A stretch of DNA of 64,000 nucleotides from Patescibacteria group bacterium (lineage in GTDB: Bacteria; Patescibacteriota; UBA1384; 2-12-FULL-50-11): assembly GCA_016861245.1 (NCBI GenBank), contig BOKZ01000001.1, forward strand, positions 487,006 to 551,005. Direction: 5' to 3'. The position numbers and the translations under genes are program-made. Below, in pieces: positions 18,060 to 27,256 of this stretch. Every line of letters starts with the position of its first letter. The stretch's first letter is position 1. The notes below the pieces were generated by a model. It saw only the letters and a program-made list of their open reading frames with translations. It made no database searches and was not told the origin of the DNA.

Positions 18060-19415
18060 ATGGATGTTCGAATAATTTACGAACCGATCTTACGCCAAGT
18101 GATGAAGCAGGTCACGGTTTTTGACGAGCGATTAAAAAAAGAAGCCGACGAGATGGTCGCTACGATGCATCGCCAAAACGGTATCGGATTAGCGGCTAAT
18201 CAAGTTGGCTTAGATAAGCAACTAATCGTTCTCGAATTCACACCGCAAAAGGACGATGAGACACCAGCTATTCCTCGAACGCAGCTCTGCAACCCTAAAA
18301 TTATTAAAAGCTCAAGCGAAACAGAAGTTATGACTGAGGGTTGCTTGTCGCTGCCTGGTCTTGAGTTACCTGTTCGTCGCAGTCTCGCAGTCGTGGTTGA
18401 GGCGCAAAACCTTCGAGGGGAAAAAGTAACTGTTAAAGCCAAGGGACTATTTGCTCGCGTGCTCCAGCACGAGATTGACCACCTCAACGGGGTCCTTTTT
18501 ACTGATCGGGCTGAAAAAACCAACACTATAAAGCCGTATACGTTCGCTAAAGTAGTATTTTTTGGCAGCGACGATTTCAGCCTGCCAGTTCTTAAACGGG
18601 TAGTCGAAACTGGCTATCAGGTGGTGGCTGTTTTTTGCGAGTCTGATAAACGTGGCGGACGTGGGGATAATCGTATCGTCTCACCAGTTAAAACGTTCGC
18701 CGAGCAACACAGTATTGCTGTATTTAATCCGGAAACTAAAGAAGAGATCGCGCCGCTGCTTGCACAGATTAAACCTGATCTCTTGGTATTGGCGTCTTAC
18801 GGAAAAATCTTACCCGAGGAGGCGTTGCGTCAACCGGTTTTTGGTTGTCTAAACGTTCATCCATCGCTATTGCCAAGATACCGCGGCGCAACGCCGATTC
18901 AATCCGCTATATTAAACGGAGAAACCGAAACTGGCGTAACGATTATGTCGATGGCTAAATCTGTCGATGCCGGCGGAGTCATCGCACAGCGAACAGCCCC
19001 GATCCTACCCAACGATACTACGCCAGTACTCAGGGAGAAGTTGGCTGAGCTTGGATCTCAACTATTAGTTGAATTATTGCCAAAGTATTTAAGCGGTCAG
19101 GCAAAAATTACTGCTCAAGATGATGCGCTGGCTACTCGGACAACCAAACTTTTTAAAGAGCTTGGTCGGATAAATTGGGAGGAACCAGCTGAACTGATTG
19201 TTAGAAAAATTAGAGCATTCTTGCCCTGGCCGGGAACGTATACGACGTTGAACGGGAAGCGCTTAATTATTCTTGAAGCAACGGTGAAAGACAGCACTGT
19301 GTTACCGATACGGGTACAGCTGGAGGGTAAAACCGCCGTGAGTTGGGAGGATTTCTTGCGTGGGTACCAAAGCCAATTGACTCGAGAACCCTGGTACGGT
19401 AAAATTTATCGGTAA
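18060..19415 (+). CDS. def-fmt: Peptide deformylase / methionyl-tRNA formyltransferase fusion
   Basis: Def motifs GIGLAANQVG, EGCLS, QHEIDH, then Fmt motifs VFFGS, NVHPSLLPRYRGATPIQ, VDAG in one ORF. Confidence 0.93.
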   Translation: MDVRIIYEPILRQVMKQVTVFDERLKKEADEMVATMHRQNGIGLAANQVGLDKQLIVLEFTPQKDDETPAIPRTQLCNPKIIKSSSETEVMTEGCLSLPGLELPVRRSLAVVVEAQNLRGEKVTVKAKGLFARVLQHEIDHLNGVLFTDRAEKTNTIKPYTFAKVVFFGSDDFSLPVLKRVVETGYQVVAVFCESDKRGGRGDNRIVSPVKTFAEQHSIAVFNPETKEEIAPLLAQIKPDLLVLASYGKILPEEALRQPVFGCLNVHPSLLPRYRGATPIQSAILNGETETGVTIMSMAKSVDAGGVIAQRTAPILPNDTTPVLREKLAELGSQLLVELLPKYLSGQAKITAQDDALATRTTKLFKELGRINWEEPAELIVRKIRAFLPWPGTYTTLNGKRLIILEATVKDSTVLPIRVQLEGKTAVSWEDFLRGYQSQLTREPWYGKIYR

Positions 19416-19831
19416 TGTTAGTTATTCGTTTACGCCGCGTCGGCAAAAAAAACAAACCAACGTATCGAATTGTTGTTGCAGAACACTCTTTTCCGGTTGA
19501 TGGCAAATTTACCGCTGATTTAGGGTTTTATAACCCACACACCAAGGCAGTAGGTCTAAAGAAGGAAGAAGTAGTTAACTGGATGAATAAAGGCGCTCAG
19601 CCTTCTAATACTGTTGCTAGAATTCTTGAAAAGGAAAAAGTTAAGCACGGTTCCGTTGTCGTAATAAAAAAGAAGAAGCAACCAAAAAAGGCGATTGAAC
19701 CGAAAGAACCAAAAGCTACCCAAAATCCAGCTTCCGAAGATACTGGCGAGACTGTCCCAGCGACTGAGCCAACGACAGAAGTAGTTGAAGATACTCCAGC
19801 GAGCGAAGACTCGAGCGATACTCAAGCCTAA
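19415..19831 (+). CDS. rpsP: 30S ribosomal protein S16 with acidic C-terminal extension
   Basis: MLVIRLRRVGKKNKPTYRIVV, GFYNP, GAQPSNTV. Confidence 0.96.
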   Translation: MLVIRLRRVGKKNKPTYRIVVAEHSFPVDGKFTADLGFYNPHTKAVGLKKEEVVNWMNKGAQPSNTVARILEKEKVKHGSVVVIKKKKQPKKAIEPKEPKATQNPASEDTGETVPATEPTTEVVEDTPASEDSSDTQA

Positions 19832-19879
19832 CTGCTGGGCAGCGGCTTAACGCGCTGCTAAACTAAAATCAGGAGGGAA

Positions 19880-20251
19880 GTGGTAACAGGATTTTTTCGA
19901 TGGTGGTATAGCGAAGGAATTGTTCAAAGCGGACAGATTGTCTTGTACGCCGTTAATCGGATTACTGATTTCTTTTCATTACCGATACTTATTAAAACTT
20001 GGACTGCGCCGTGGAAAGACGATCGTCTCGCGGCTGAAAACGCCTCGCTTTCTGATCAAGTAAAGATACTCGAATTAAATTTTGCCAGTCGAGTCGTCGG
20101 ATTTTTAGTACGAACTGTTGTAATCGCGGTAGTTCTATTAATTTTAGCGGTACTTATAATCCTGGCTGTGGTTGGCTTGGCGATTTGGATATTGGTTCCG
20201 TTTGCCTGGCTATTACTACCAGCAGTAGCAGTGATTGTGAGTTATCAATGA
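19880..20251 (+). CDS. Small membrane protein translationally coupled to the Clp ATPase
   Basis: WWYS, FFSLPILIKTWTAPWK, SRVVGFLVR, hydrophobic C-terminus; ATGA overlap with the next gene. Confidence 0.75.
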   Translation: MVTGFFRWWYSEGIVQSGQIVLYAVNRITDFFSLPILIKTWTAPWKDDRLAAENASLSDQVKILELNFASRVVGFLVRTVVIAVVLLILAVLIILAVVGLAIWILVPFAWLLLPAVAVIVSYQ

Positions 20252-22665
20252 AACAAAAATTGCGAACGCAATCGATTCTCTTTTTCGACTCAACAACTGT
20301 ATTGGTTATTAGAATATTTTCGCACTTCTTAGGCGCTGTGAGCTTGCTGCTAATTATCGCGGCCTTGTTTTTCGAGCTTTCCCCGGCTGTTATCGGGCTA
20401 GCAGTCTTATTTACGACGCCATCGGTTCTATTTCTTGGCTACGGTTGGTATATTAACTTCCTTAAAGTTAACCCAAGTTACGGGCTAACTTCGCGAGATC
20501 TTGAGTTGCCAGAGAACAGGTTGGATTTCGCGGTTTGGGAAGCGGTACTAGCAATGCAAAAAGGCGGTTGGAGCGGTTTTTGGCGGCGTATCAGCCGTGA
20601 TGCCAACGCCCTGGAAGTATTATTGCGTCTGCAGCTCTCCGAGGCTAAGTTAGTAGAACTTTTTGAGAGTAAGGTGTCGAACGGTGATCAATCCTCTATA
20701 CTAATCCGGGAAGTTGGGCAAACGATTAACGCTGGCTCGGTCGGGACGGTTTTTGACCTTCTTTCGATTACGCTACGTCACCAGGAATTTGCGCCACATT
20801 TTACAGCGCTAAAAATCTCTCCTGAAGAAGTTGAGCAGTTAATTGAGTACTATCGGGATCGACACGCGCGGTTTCGCGCTCGACAGTTGTTTTGGCTTCA
20901 TCCAGAACAGGCTAGAACCGGCGGATTTGCTGCTGGTTGGGCGTTGAGCTATACCTCGACGCTTGATCGATTTACAGAAGAAGTTACTCCCTCGATTAAA
21001 TTCCATACTGAGCAAACGCCGTTGTTTTCTCGATCGAGCGTTGTTGACTTGGTAATTTCTGAGCTCCAAAAACAATCGAACCATAACGTATTGCTCGTAG
21101 GAGAAGAGGGGAGCGGGCGCAAAGAAATCTTTTATCACGTTGCGGATAAGCTTTTGCACTACCAATCAAATACGCCGCTCGACGGCATCCAGGTACGACT
21201 TCTCGACACCGCGCGGTTAGTTGCGGCAACTGATAGCGTCGAACACTTGCAGCAATTACTTGATCAAATTTTTACGGAGATCAGTCGCTCGGGAAGAATT
21301 GTACTATTTATCGATCAACTCGAATCGCTACTTTCGGACAATAACGTTGGTACCGTAAATTTGAGCCAGGTGCTAGCGAAGTATCTTCAAGACGAGCGGA
21401 TCCACATCGTCGCTACGGTACAAACCAAAACTTACGTCACGCAAGTTAAACCTGACGCCACGCTCGCTTCAATTTGGGCAAAAATAGATATCGCGCCGCC
21501 GCCCAGCGCCGATTTACCGCTAATTATACTCTCCCATATCGCCCAAATTGAAAACCGTTACGACGTCTTCTTTAGCTATACTGCCTTGCGAGCGGTTACG
21601 CAGCTCTCCGGCCAGTATTTAACCGACTTACCTTCACCTGAGCGCGAACTAATGATTACCGAGGAGGTAGCGGCGCGCAATCACGGTGAGAACAGCCGGG
21701 TCGTTGAGCCAAGCGCTGTCACGAAGGTAATTGAGCAAAAAAGTGGAGTGCCGATAGAAATCGGTGAGTCGGAGAAAGTGAAACTCCAAGATCTGCCAAA
21801 TATTCTCCATCAGCGAGTGATCGGCCAGGATGAAGCGATTCAGGCGGTGAGTGACGCCCTCTTGCGGGCTAGAGCAGGTATCGGAACGGGGAAAAAACCG
21901 CTCGGAACCTTCCTATTTCTCGGGCCGACCGGGGTTGGGAAAACTGAAACAGCTCGTACGCTTGCCCAAATGTATTTTGGCAGCCCAGACAAACTTATTC
22001 AGCTTGACATGACGGAGTACGGGGCCGAGGACGGCTTGCAAAAGTTGCTCGGGACTGACGTGGTTTCACAACCAGGTACACTAACAGTTGCGCTCGAAAA
22101 AAATCCGTCAGCGGTTCTTTTGTTCGACGAGTTCGAAAAGGCTCACCAGCTCGTGCAAAACACCCTACTCCAAATTCTCGATGAAGGTAGGCTAACCACC
22201 AACTTTGGTAAAGTATTGCGTTTCACCAACGCAATTATTATTGCTACTAGCAACGCCGGCTCAAACTTTATTAAACAGCAAGTTGAATCTGGCCAAACAG
22301 TAAAATCTTTCAGTAAACAGCTAATCGATCAGTTAATCGCTGAGCGCGTGTTCACGCCCGAGCTTCTTAATCGTTTCGACACTGTTGCTGTTTACTCGCC
22401 GCTTTCGGCAAGCCAAATTGAAGCGATCGCAAAATTAAGAATCAACGAAACGCTTCAGAGTATCGAGCGAGAGAAGGGTATAACAGTTAGGGTTAGCGAT
22501 GCGGTGATTACGGAAATCGCAAAAAAGGGCTACGATCCAGTGTTCGGAGCTCGAGCTCTCTCACGAGTTATCAAATCAGAACTCGAAACTCAGATCGCTA
22601 GAAAAATTATTAGCGAGTCGCCCCAACCCGGCGCGACGCTAACCATCGATTCGCTGAGTAAGTAA
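20248..22665 (+). CDS. Membrane-anchored ClpA/B-family double AAA+ ATPase
   Basis: Two N-terminal TM helices; D1 GEEGSGRK/LFIDQ; D2 GPTGVGKT, LFDEFEK, DEGRLT, FTPELLNRFD, YDPVFGAR. Confidence 0.88.
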   Translation: MKQKLRTQSILFFDSTTVLVIRIFSHFLGAVSLLLIIAALFFELSPAVIGLAVLFTTPSVLFLGYGWYINFLKVNPSYGLTSRDLELPENRLDFAVWEAVLAMQKGGWSGFWRRISRDANALEVLLRLQLSEAKLVELFESKVSNGDQSSILIREVGQTINAGSVGTVFDLLSITLRHQEFAPHFTALKISPEEVEQLIEYYRDRHARFRARQLFWLHPEQARTGGFAAGWALSYTSTLDRFTEEVTPSIKFHTEQTPLFSRSSVVDLVISELQKQSNHNVLLVGEEGSGRKEIFYHVADKLLHYQSNTPLDGIQVRLLDTARLVAATDSVEHLQQLLDQIFTEISRSGRIVLFIDQLESLLSDNNVGTVNLSQVLAKYLQDERIHIVATVQTKTYVTQVKPDATLASIWAKIDIAPPPSADLPLIILSHIAQIENRYDVFFSYTALRAVTQLSGQYLTDLPSPERELMITEEVAARNHGENSRVVEPSAVTKVIEQKSGVPIEIGESEKVKLQDLPNILHQRVIGQDEAIQAVSDALLRARAGIGTGKKPLGTFLFLGPTGVGKTETARTLAQMYFGSPDKLIQLDMTEYGAEDGLQKLLGTDVVSQPGTLTVALEKNPSAVLLFDEFEKAHQLVQNTLLQILDEGRLTTNFGKVLRFTNAIIIATSNAGSNFIKQQVESGQTVKSFSKQLIDQLIAERVFTPELLNRFDTVAVYSPLSASQIEAIAKLRINETLQSIEREKGITVRVSDAVITEIAKKGYDPVFGARALSRVIKSELETQIARKIISESPQPGATLTIDSLSK

Positions 22666-22749
22666 TTTACAACGAGAGATAACTTTGTTACAACTGATGA
22701 CAAGTTGCAGCAAGTAGGTCGAACTGTGGAGAGTTGACAGGAGATCCAA

Positions 22750-23064
22750 ATGGCAGAAATGACTGATCAAGAATACGTAGAAAGCATGGTTAAGCCGCTT
22801 GTTGATAACGTCGATGACGTGGTTACTACTCGTACACTCGACGAACGAGGCGTTTTAATCCAATTGACGGTAAATCAGGCAGATATGGGGAAAGTAATCG
22901 GTCGTGATGGACGAACCGCAAAAGCAATTCGCTCGCTTCTTCGTGTCTTTGGTGCGCGTAGCAACGCACGGATTAACTTAAAAATCGTTGAGCCAGACGG
23001 CCAAGAGGTCGCAATTCCGGAAGAAAAAGCTGCCGGAACCGAGCAAGCCACAGGCGTAATCTAA
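22750..23064 (+). CDS. khpA: KH-domain RNA-binding protein KhpA
   Basis: DMGKVIGRDGRTAKAIR; rpsP-khpA-trmD neighbourhood. Confidence 0.92.
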   Translation: MAEMTDQEYVESMVKPLVDNVDDVVTTRTLDERGVLIQLTVNQADMGKVIGRDGRTAKAIRSLLRVFGARSNARINLKIVEPDGQEVAIPEEKAAGTEQATGVI

Positions 23065-23073
23065 AAATAAACA

Positions 23074-23105
23074 AAGAGCGCTTCGGAGATATCGGGGCGC
23101 TTTTT
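23074..23105 (+). terminator. Intrinsic terminator
   Basis: agagcgcttcg-gagatat-cggggcgctttt hairpin with T-tract. Confidence 0.7.
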
Positions 23106-23124
23106 GTGTAGGTATACTATAGCT

Positions 23125-23766
23125 ATGCAAATCGATGTTATTACGCTATTTCCGGAGATGATCAACCAAGCGTTGTCTCATTCGATACCCGCCCGGGCGC
23201 AGAAGAGTAATAAGGTAAAAGTTACGGCTCACTTCTTGCGTAACTGGGCAATCGATAAGCGTGGCACAGTTGATGACACACCGTACGGCGGCGGTCCGGG
23301 TATGGTACTTCGAGTTGACGTTGCGCACGCAGCGTTAACAGCGGTTGATCCGCGTCACAAAGCTCATCGAGTCATGCTTTCACCGGATGGCGACAGGCTC
23401 GACCAGAAGTTAGTTAAAACGCTGTCAGAAAAAAAGCAGTTAGTACTGTTGTGCGGCCGATACGAGGGATTTGACGCACGAATAGAAAAATATGTCGATC
23501 AAAAAATCTCGATCGGCGACTACGTTGCAAGCGGCGGTGAGCTACCGGCACTCGTACTAATAGACGCAGTTACCAGGTTAATACCAGGAGTTTTGGGTAA
23601 CGCCGAGTCGTTAGAGCACGAAACGTTCGAGAACGACGTTACCGATTTTCCACAGTACACTCGGCCAGAAGTCTACGAAAAGGTTTCGGTACCGCCAGTT
23701 CTACTTTCCGGGCATCACGCCGAAATTACCGCCTGGCGACGATCGCAACAGACGCAAACACGTTGA
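23125..23766 (+). CDS. trmD: tRNA (guanine-N1)-methyltransferase
   Basis: VDDTPYGGGPGM, CGRYEGFDAR, SIGDYVASGGE, PQYTRP. Confidence 0.97.
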   Translation: MQIDVITLFPEMINQALSHSIPARAQKSNKVKVTAHFLRNWAIDKRGTVDDTPYGGGPGMVLRVDVAHAALTAVDPRHKAHRVMLSPDGDRLDQKLVKTLSEKKQLVLLCGRYEGFDARIEKYVDQKISIGDYVASGGELPALVLIDAVTRLIPGVLGNAESLEHETFENDVTDFPQYTRPEVYEKVSVPPVLLSGHHAEITAWRRSQQTQTR

Positions 23767-23792
23767 CATCTACCCTGTTGTTTAGGTAAGAT
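23763..23792 (+). promoter_or_regulatory. Sigma70-type promoter TTGACA-18-TAAGAT
   Basis: Near-consensus hexamers upstream of the Zn-ribbon/rplY pair. Confidence 0.6.
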
Positions 23793-23802
23793 AGACGCAC
23801 GT

Positions 23803-24111
23803 ATGCGTTCACTACAAGACGAGATTCGACAAACACAACGTGAGTTATCTTGTCCTGTCTGTGGACGTTCGTTCGATTTGCGTGATATCCGTGTTCGTTC
23901 GTATCTTGGTAACAATTCGGTTGAACTGTCTGTGGTTTGTAGCCGCGGTCACTCACCGATTATTCTCTTAGTCCCAATCAACTTAAAAGAAGTGGCTAAG
24001 GCGGGTCCGATTACCGAGAAAGAACTAAAAACGATTCACAAAAAAATCGACAACGTCGAAGAAAGTATTAACGAATTACTAAAAGAAAAAAATGACCGCA
24101 AAAAAGATTGA
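23803..24111 (+). CDS. Hypothetical Zn-ribbon protein
   Basis: CPVC...CSRGH; overlaps the rplY start. Confidence 0.7.
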   Translation: MRSLQDEIRQTQRELSCPVCGRSFDLRDIRVRSYLGNNSVELSVVCSRGHSPIILLVPINLKEVAKAGPITEKELKTIHKKIDNVEESINELLKEKNDRKKD

Positions 24112-24793
24112 ATTACAAGCCGAACGCCGAACTATTGTTGGTAAGAAAGTAAAGCGTAGTCGTGCCAAGGGCTTACTACCGGCTGTCGTTTACGGACACG
24201 GTCAAGAATCGACGCCAATTTTTATTGATGAACGCGAGTTCAGAAAAACCTATAAAGAAGCCGGTACCAGCGCGCTAATCGATTTAACGATCGACGAAGA
24301 TAAGGCGATTAAAGTGTTGTTACACGAGCCACAGGAGCACTATCTCCACGGCGGGCCGGTCCACGCCGATTTCTACGCGGTAAAAATGACCGAAAAAATC
24401 GAAACCGCAATTCCGATCCACTTTACGGGTACTTCGGCGGCCGTCGAAGAGCTGGAAGGTAACCTGATTATTAACAAGGACGAGCTTGAAATTCGCTGTC
24501 TGCCAGCTGATCTCATTCCGGCGGTTGAGGTAGATCTTTCGGCGTTGGCGACGTTTGACGACAGTATTCGTGTGAGCGATATTAAAGTACCAGAAACGAT
24601 CGAAATTATGCTCGATCCTGAAGAAGTTATCGCAACCGTTGCTGCTCCGATCTCTGAAGAAGAGCTTGAAGCAGAACTAGCAACCGATACCACCGAAGCC
24701 GAAGCTGCAGCTGTTGAGGAGCTTGGTAAAGAAGAAGCTCCAGCTGAAGGCGAAGCCGCAGAAGGCGAATCGAACGAAGAAAAATCTGAGTAA
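24092..24793 (+). CDS. rplY: 50S ribosomal protein L25/Ctc
   Basis: LPAVVYGHG, HADFY, C-terminal Ctc domain and acidic tail. Confidence 0.95.
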   Translation: MTAKKIELQAERRTIVGKKVKRSRAKGLLPAVVYGHGQESTPIFIDEREFRKTYKEAGTSALIDLTIDEDKAIKVLLHEPQEHYLHGGPVHADFYAVKMTEKIETAIPIHFTGTSAAVEELEGNLIINKDELEIRCLPADLIPAVEVDLSALATFDDSIRVSDIKVPETIEIMLDPEEVIATVAAPISEEELEAELATDTTEAEAAAVEELGKEEAPAEGEAAEGESNEEKSE

Positions 24794-25429
24794 TTATTTA
24801 GACAAGACAATCTTGTCTAACAACTCTCCTGTTTCCAAGTTTTTGTCCTGCGATTGGTAGACTTCGATTTCGTTGACAGTAATCGTCCCGAAATCTTCGT
24901 GTCTTAGGGTGTCCAAATACTTTATCAGCTCCATTGTGGGTGGTCTGGTGAATCGTGCAACGGTAATCCATGCTAAAAGCCCGCGGTAATTATTGGGAAA
25001 ATCTTGACCGGAGATTTCGTATAGTTTTTTCCTTATCTGTACTAATGTTTTAGTTAGCGGAAAAACAGCCAAGCCAATCGCAAGAGGCCCCGTAAAAAGG
25101 CCGTAGATTTGTAATTTTATCTTCTCGTCATTCGCCGATTCCTCTCGAATAATCTGTGTCGCTTCAGATAACTTCTCAATATCAGGGAAATGAAATACGG
25201 TTACATGAGCTAGGCCAGGTTTATTGACAATCAGAGTTGAATCTAGAGAAATAAGTGTTTTAGTAATCTCCTCAAGTCTTGATTCAATATGTGGCACTCT
25301 GACGATAAATGTATAGTGTTTTGATGTTGCGGTAGTATCTGTTACTACAACCTGACCACTCTTAAGTTGTTCAAAAAGTTCGTCTATTTCCGTCAATAAT
25401 TGTGGATTGAACGCGTCTATTTGACTCAT
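24794..25429 (-). CDS. 2H-phosphoesterase (2'-5' RNA ligase-like) fold protein
   Basis: LAHVTVF (HxT) and a second motif LAWITVARF; FGTITVNEIEVYQS. Confidence 0.6.
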   Translation of the reverse strand: MSQIDAFNPQLLTEIDELFEQLKSGQVVVTDTTATSKHYTFIVRVPHIESRLEEITKTLISLDSTLIVNKPGLAHVTVFHFPDIEKLSEATQIIREESANDEKIKLQIYGLFTGPLAIGLAVFPLTKTLVQIRKKLYEISGQDFPNNYRGLLAWITVARFTRPPTMELIKYLDTLRHEDFGTITVNEIEVYQSQDKNLETGELLDKIVLSK

Positions 25430-25437
25430 TATATCTG

Positions 25438-25509
25438 AGCCGAAGGCGGGATTTGAACCCGCGACCTCTGCTTTACGAAAGCATTGCTCTACCACTGAGC
25501 TACTCCGGC
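25438..25509 (-). tRNA. tRNA-Thr(CGT)
   Basis: GCCGGAGTAGCTCAGTGGTAGAGCAATGCTTT-CGT-AAAGCAG...GGTTCAAATCC...CTTCGGCT. Confidence 0.92.
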
Positions 25510-25660
25510 ACAATACGAAAATTATAGCGCAATTACCCTGTAATTTCACGGGTAAACTATTTTGACTTAACTCGATATCGACTTGATTGAACCTCTTTAT
25601 CGGGCGACCATCGAACCGAACGTGTTAACGCAGTTGCACATTAACACTAAGGAGAACGCG

Positions 25661-26455
25661 ATGAGCAAAACTCTTCCAGCCCCGAAACTTGCTGCCCGCC
25701 TCGGCGTCGGTAAGGTTTTCATTCCTCGGATCATGCCAAGCAAAGACTCTGAATTGCCGCGCAGTCGAGATCTGGCGATCCTAGAATCGACGCTAAAAGG
25801 AGTACTTCGTCGAGCTGCCGATTTGCGATCACAGATCCACGCCCCGGTCTTTGGGGTAGAAACGGTAGATACCGATCAGCTACAAACCGAGCTGGAGTGG
25901 CGACTGGAATACGCGGAGCACGCGCGACGCGTACTTCTGCCGCGCATCCACAACTACCCAATTCTAAGCGCCGAACCGCTAACGTGGCGCGACGAGCAAG
26001 GTTTTCCGAAGCTGGTGATCGTTCCGATCGACAGAGCCGGAGAGGTTGAGATCAGCGCCAACCGCGACCGCTGGCACTACCGGCCGATCGGTACTGGAAG
26101 CGACGTTGACTACGGCGATTTTGGTCAAGAGATTATCACCCCGTGTTACGAGTCGGTCGGCGAGGTACTAAGAAAACAAGCGCCGTACGGCGGCCTGATC
26201 TCGATCAAAACGACGCTCAACGGTTTACTAATGCCGAAAAAAACACGCGAGAAAATCGCGGCAGCACGCGCCCACTTTGGCAAGCAAATCTTCCTGATCG
26301 CCGAAGCACCGCAGCCGTGGGAGATCAACGTCGTCGTGCCGCCAAAACCAGACCCATTGGTGGTTGGTTACGAGAACGGCCTACTCTTCTTGATTGACAC
26401 GTTCAATATGACCCGAATCGAACGCGTCGTCGCTGCCGAATACACTCTCGGGTAA
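25661..26455 (+). CDS. Hypothetical protein
   Basis: 264-aa ORF with AAGGAG SD and its own terminator; C-terminal IFLIAEA...W...PDPLVVG. Confidence 0.75.
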   Translation: MSKTLPAPKLAARLGVGKVFIPRIMPSKDSELPRSRDLAILESTLKGVLRRAADLRSQIHAPVFGVETVDTDQLQTELEWRLEYAEHARRVLLPRIHNYPILSAEPLTWRDEQGFPKLVIVPIDRAGEVEISANRDRWHYRPIGTGSDVDYGDFGQEIITPCYESVGEVLRKQAPYGGLISIKTTLNGLLMPKKTREKIAAARAHFGKQIFLIAEAPQPWEINVVVPPKPDPLVVGYENGLLFLIDTFNMTRIERVVAAEYTLG

Positions 26456-26460
26456 CGTCC

Positions 26461-26487
26461 AACCTGCCGCGGTGCGGCAGGTTTTTT
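26461..26487 (+). terminator. Intrinsic terminator
   Basis: aacctgccgc-ggt-gcggcaggtt followed by tttt. Confidence 0.8.
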
Positions 26488-27256
26488 ATTTAAGCGCTTT
26501 ACGGAACGATAGAACAGTGAAGCTAACGAGGACGACAAACATTACCCCTGCAGCAATGAAGCCCTGAGTAATAGCTGGGTCACCGAAGCCGTAAAGCACC
26601 AAAGCGCGGATCGCCTCGATAATGTAGGTTACTGGATTAAGATCGGTTGCTCGTGCGAACGTCTCTGGCAGTAGCTCGCGAGGCGCAGCCGAGGTTGTAA
26701 TTGATAGTAACGGGAAGACTAGCAGGAACATGGACTGAACTAGACGAGCGTTCTGTGCGCGTAAGGCAATGATCATACCGATACAGCTCCAGGCCATAGC
26801 AAACAACATCAGGATACCGAAGATCGTTATTACACCGAGTACACCAGACTCGAAATTTACACCCCAAAGCAATAGCAGCACTAACATAATTAATCCCTGC
26901 ATTATTGCTTGGAACGCTACTTCAACTAGCTTTGCTAAAACGATCGACAATTTATTGATCGGCATAATCACCAATTTCTTGAAGTAGCCGCCAGTGATGT
27001 CTTGAACCAACTCGATACCAGCGTTACCAGCTGAGAAGAAAATTGCAGTAAAAATAGCAACCGGAGCGATAAAGTCTTTATAGGAAACGTCCGGGAATCC
27101 GGGCACCTGAGAAAAAGCGGTTAGCGAAAGTGAGTTGACCACAAAGAAAAAGATCGGCATAAACAACGACGGGATCAACGCCATAATCGGCCGCCAAATC
27201 AGTTTGATGTTACGGATCGAAAGGTAAAACCAGTCAGAAAAAAATGTGTTTATCAT
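26486..27256 (-). CDS. ABC-2 type exporter permease (DrrB-like)
   Basis: 6 TM; NPVTYIIEAIRAL. Confidence 0.9.
   Translation of the reverse strand: MINTFFSDWFYLSIRNIKLIWRPIMALIPSLFMPIFFFVVNSLSLTAFSQVPGFPDVSYKDFIAPVAIFTAIFFSAGNAGIELVQDITGGYFKKLVIMPINKLSIVLAKLVEVAFQAIMQGLIMLVLLLLWGVNFESGVLGVITIFGILMLFAMAWSCIGMIIALRAQNARLVQSMFLLVFPLLSITTSAAPRELLPETFARATDLNPVTYIIEAIRALVLYGFGDPAITQGFIAAGVMFVVLVSFTVLSFRKALK

Noticed and set aside
25430-25549. Track ORF N-terminal extension through tRNA-Thr; similar ORFs at 2133-2321, 2205-2603, 6761-7012 and 28343-28576
   Set aside because: These are read-throughs of tRNA genes; 'SSSVVE...VAGSNP' is a typical tRNA translation artefact.
26456-26487. Integron attC site (GTCCAAC...GTT)
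   Set aside because: Too short, no GTTRRRY core or extrahelical bases, and no integrase; it is a plain terminator.
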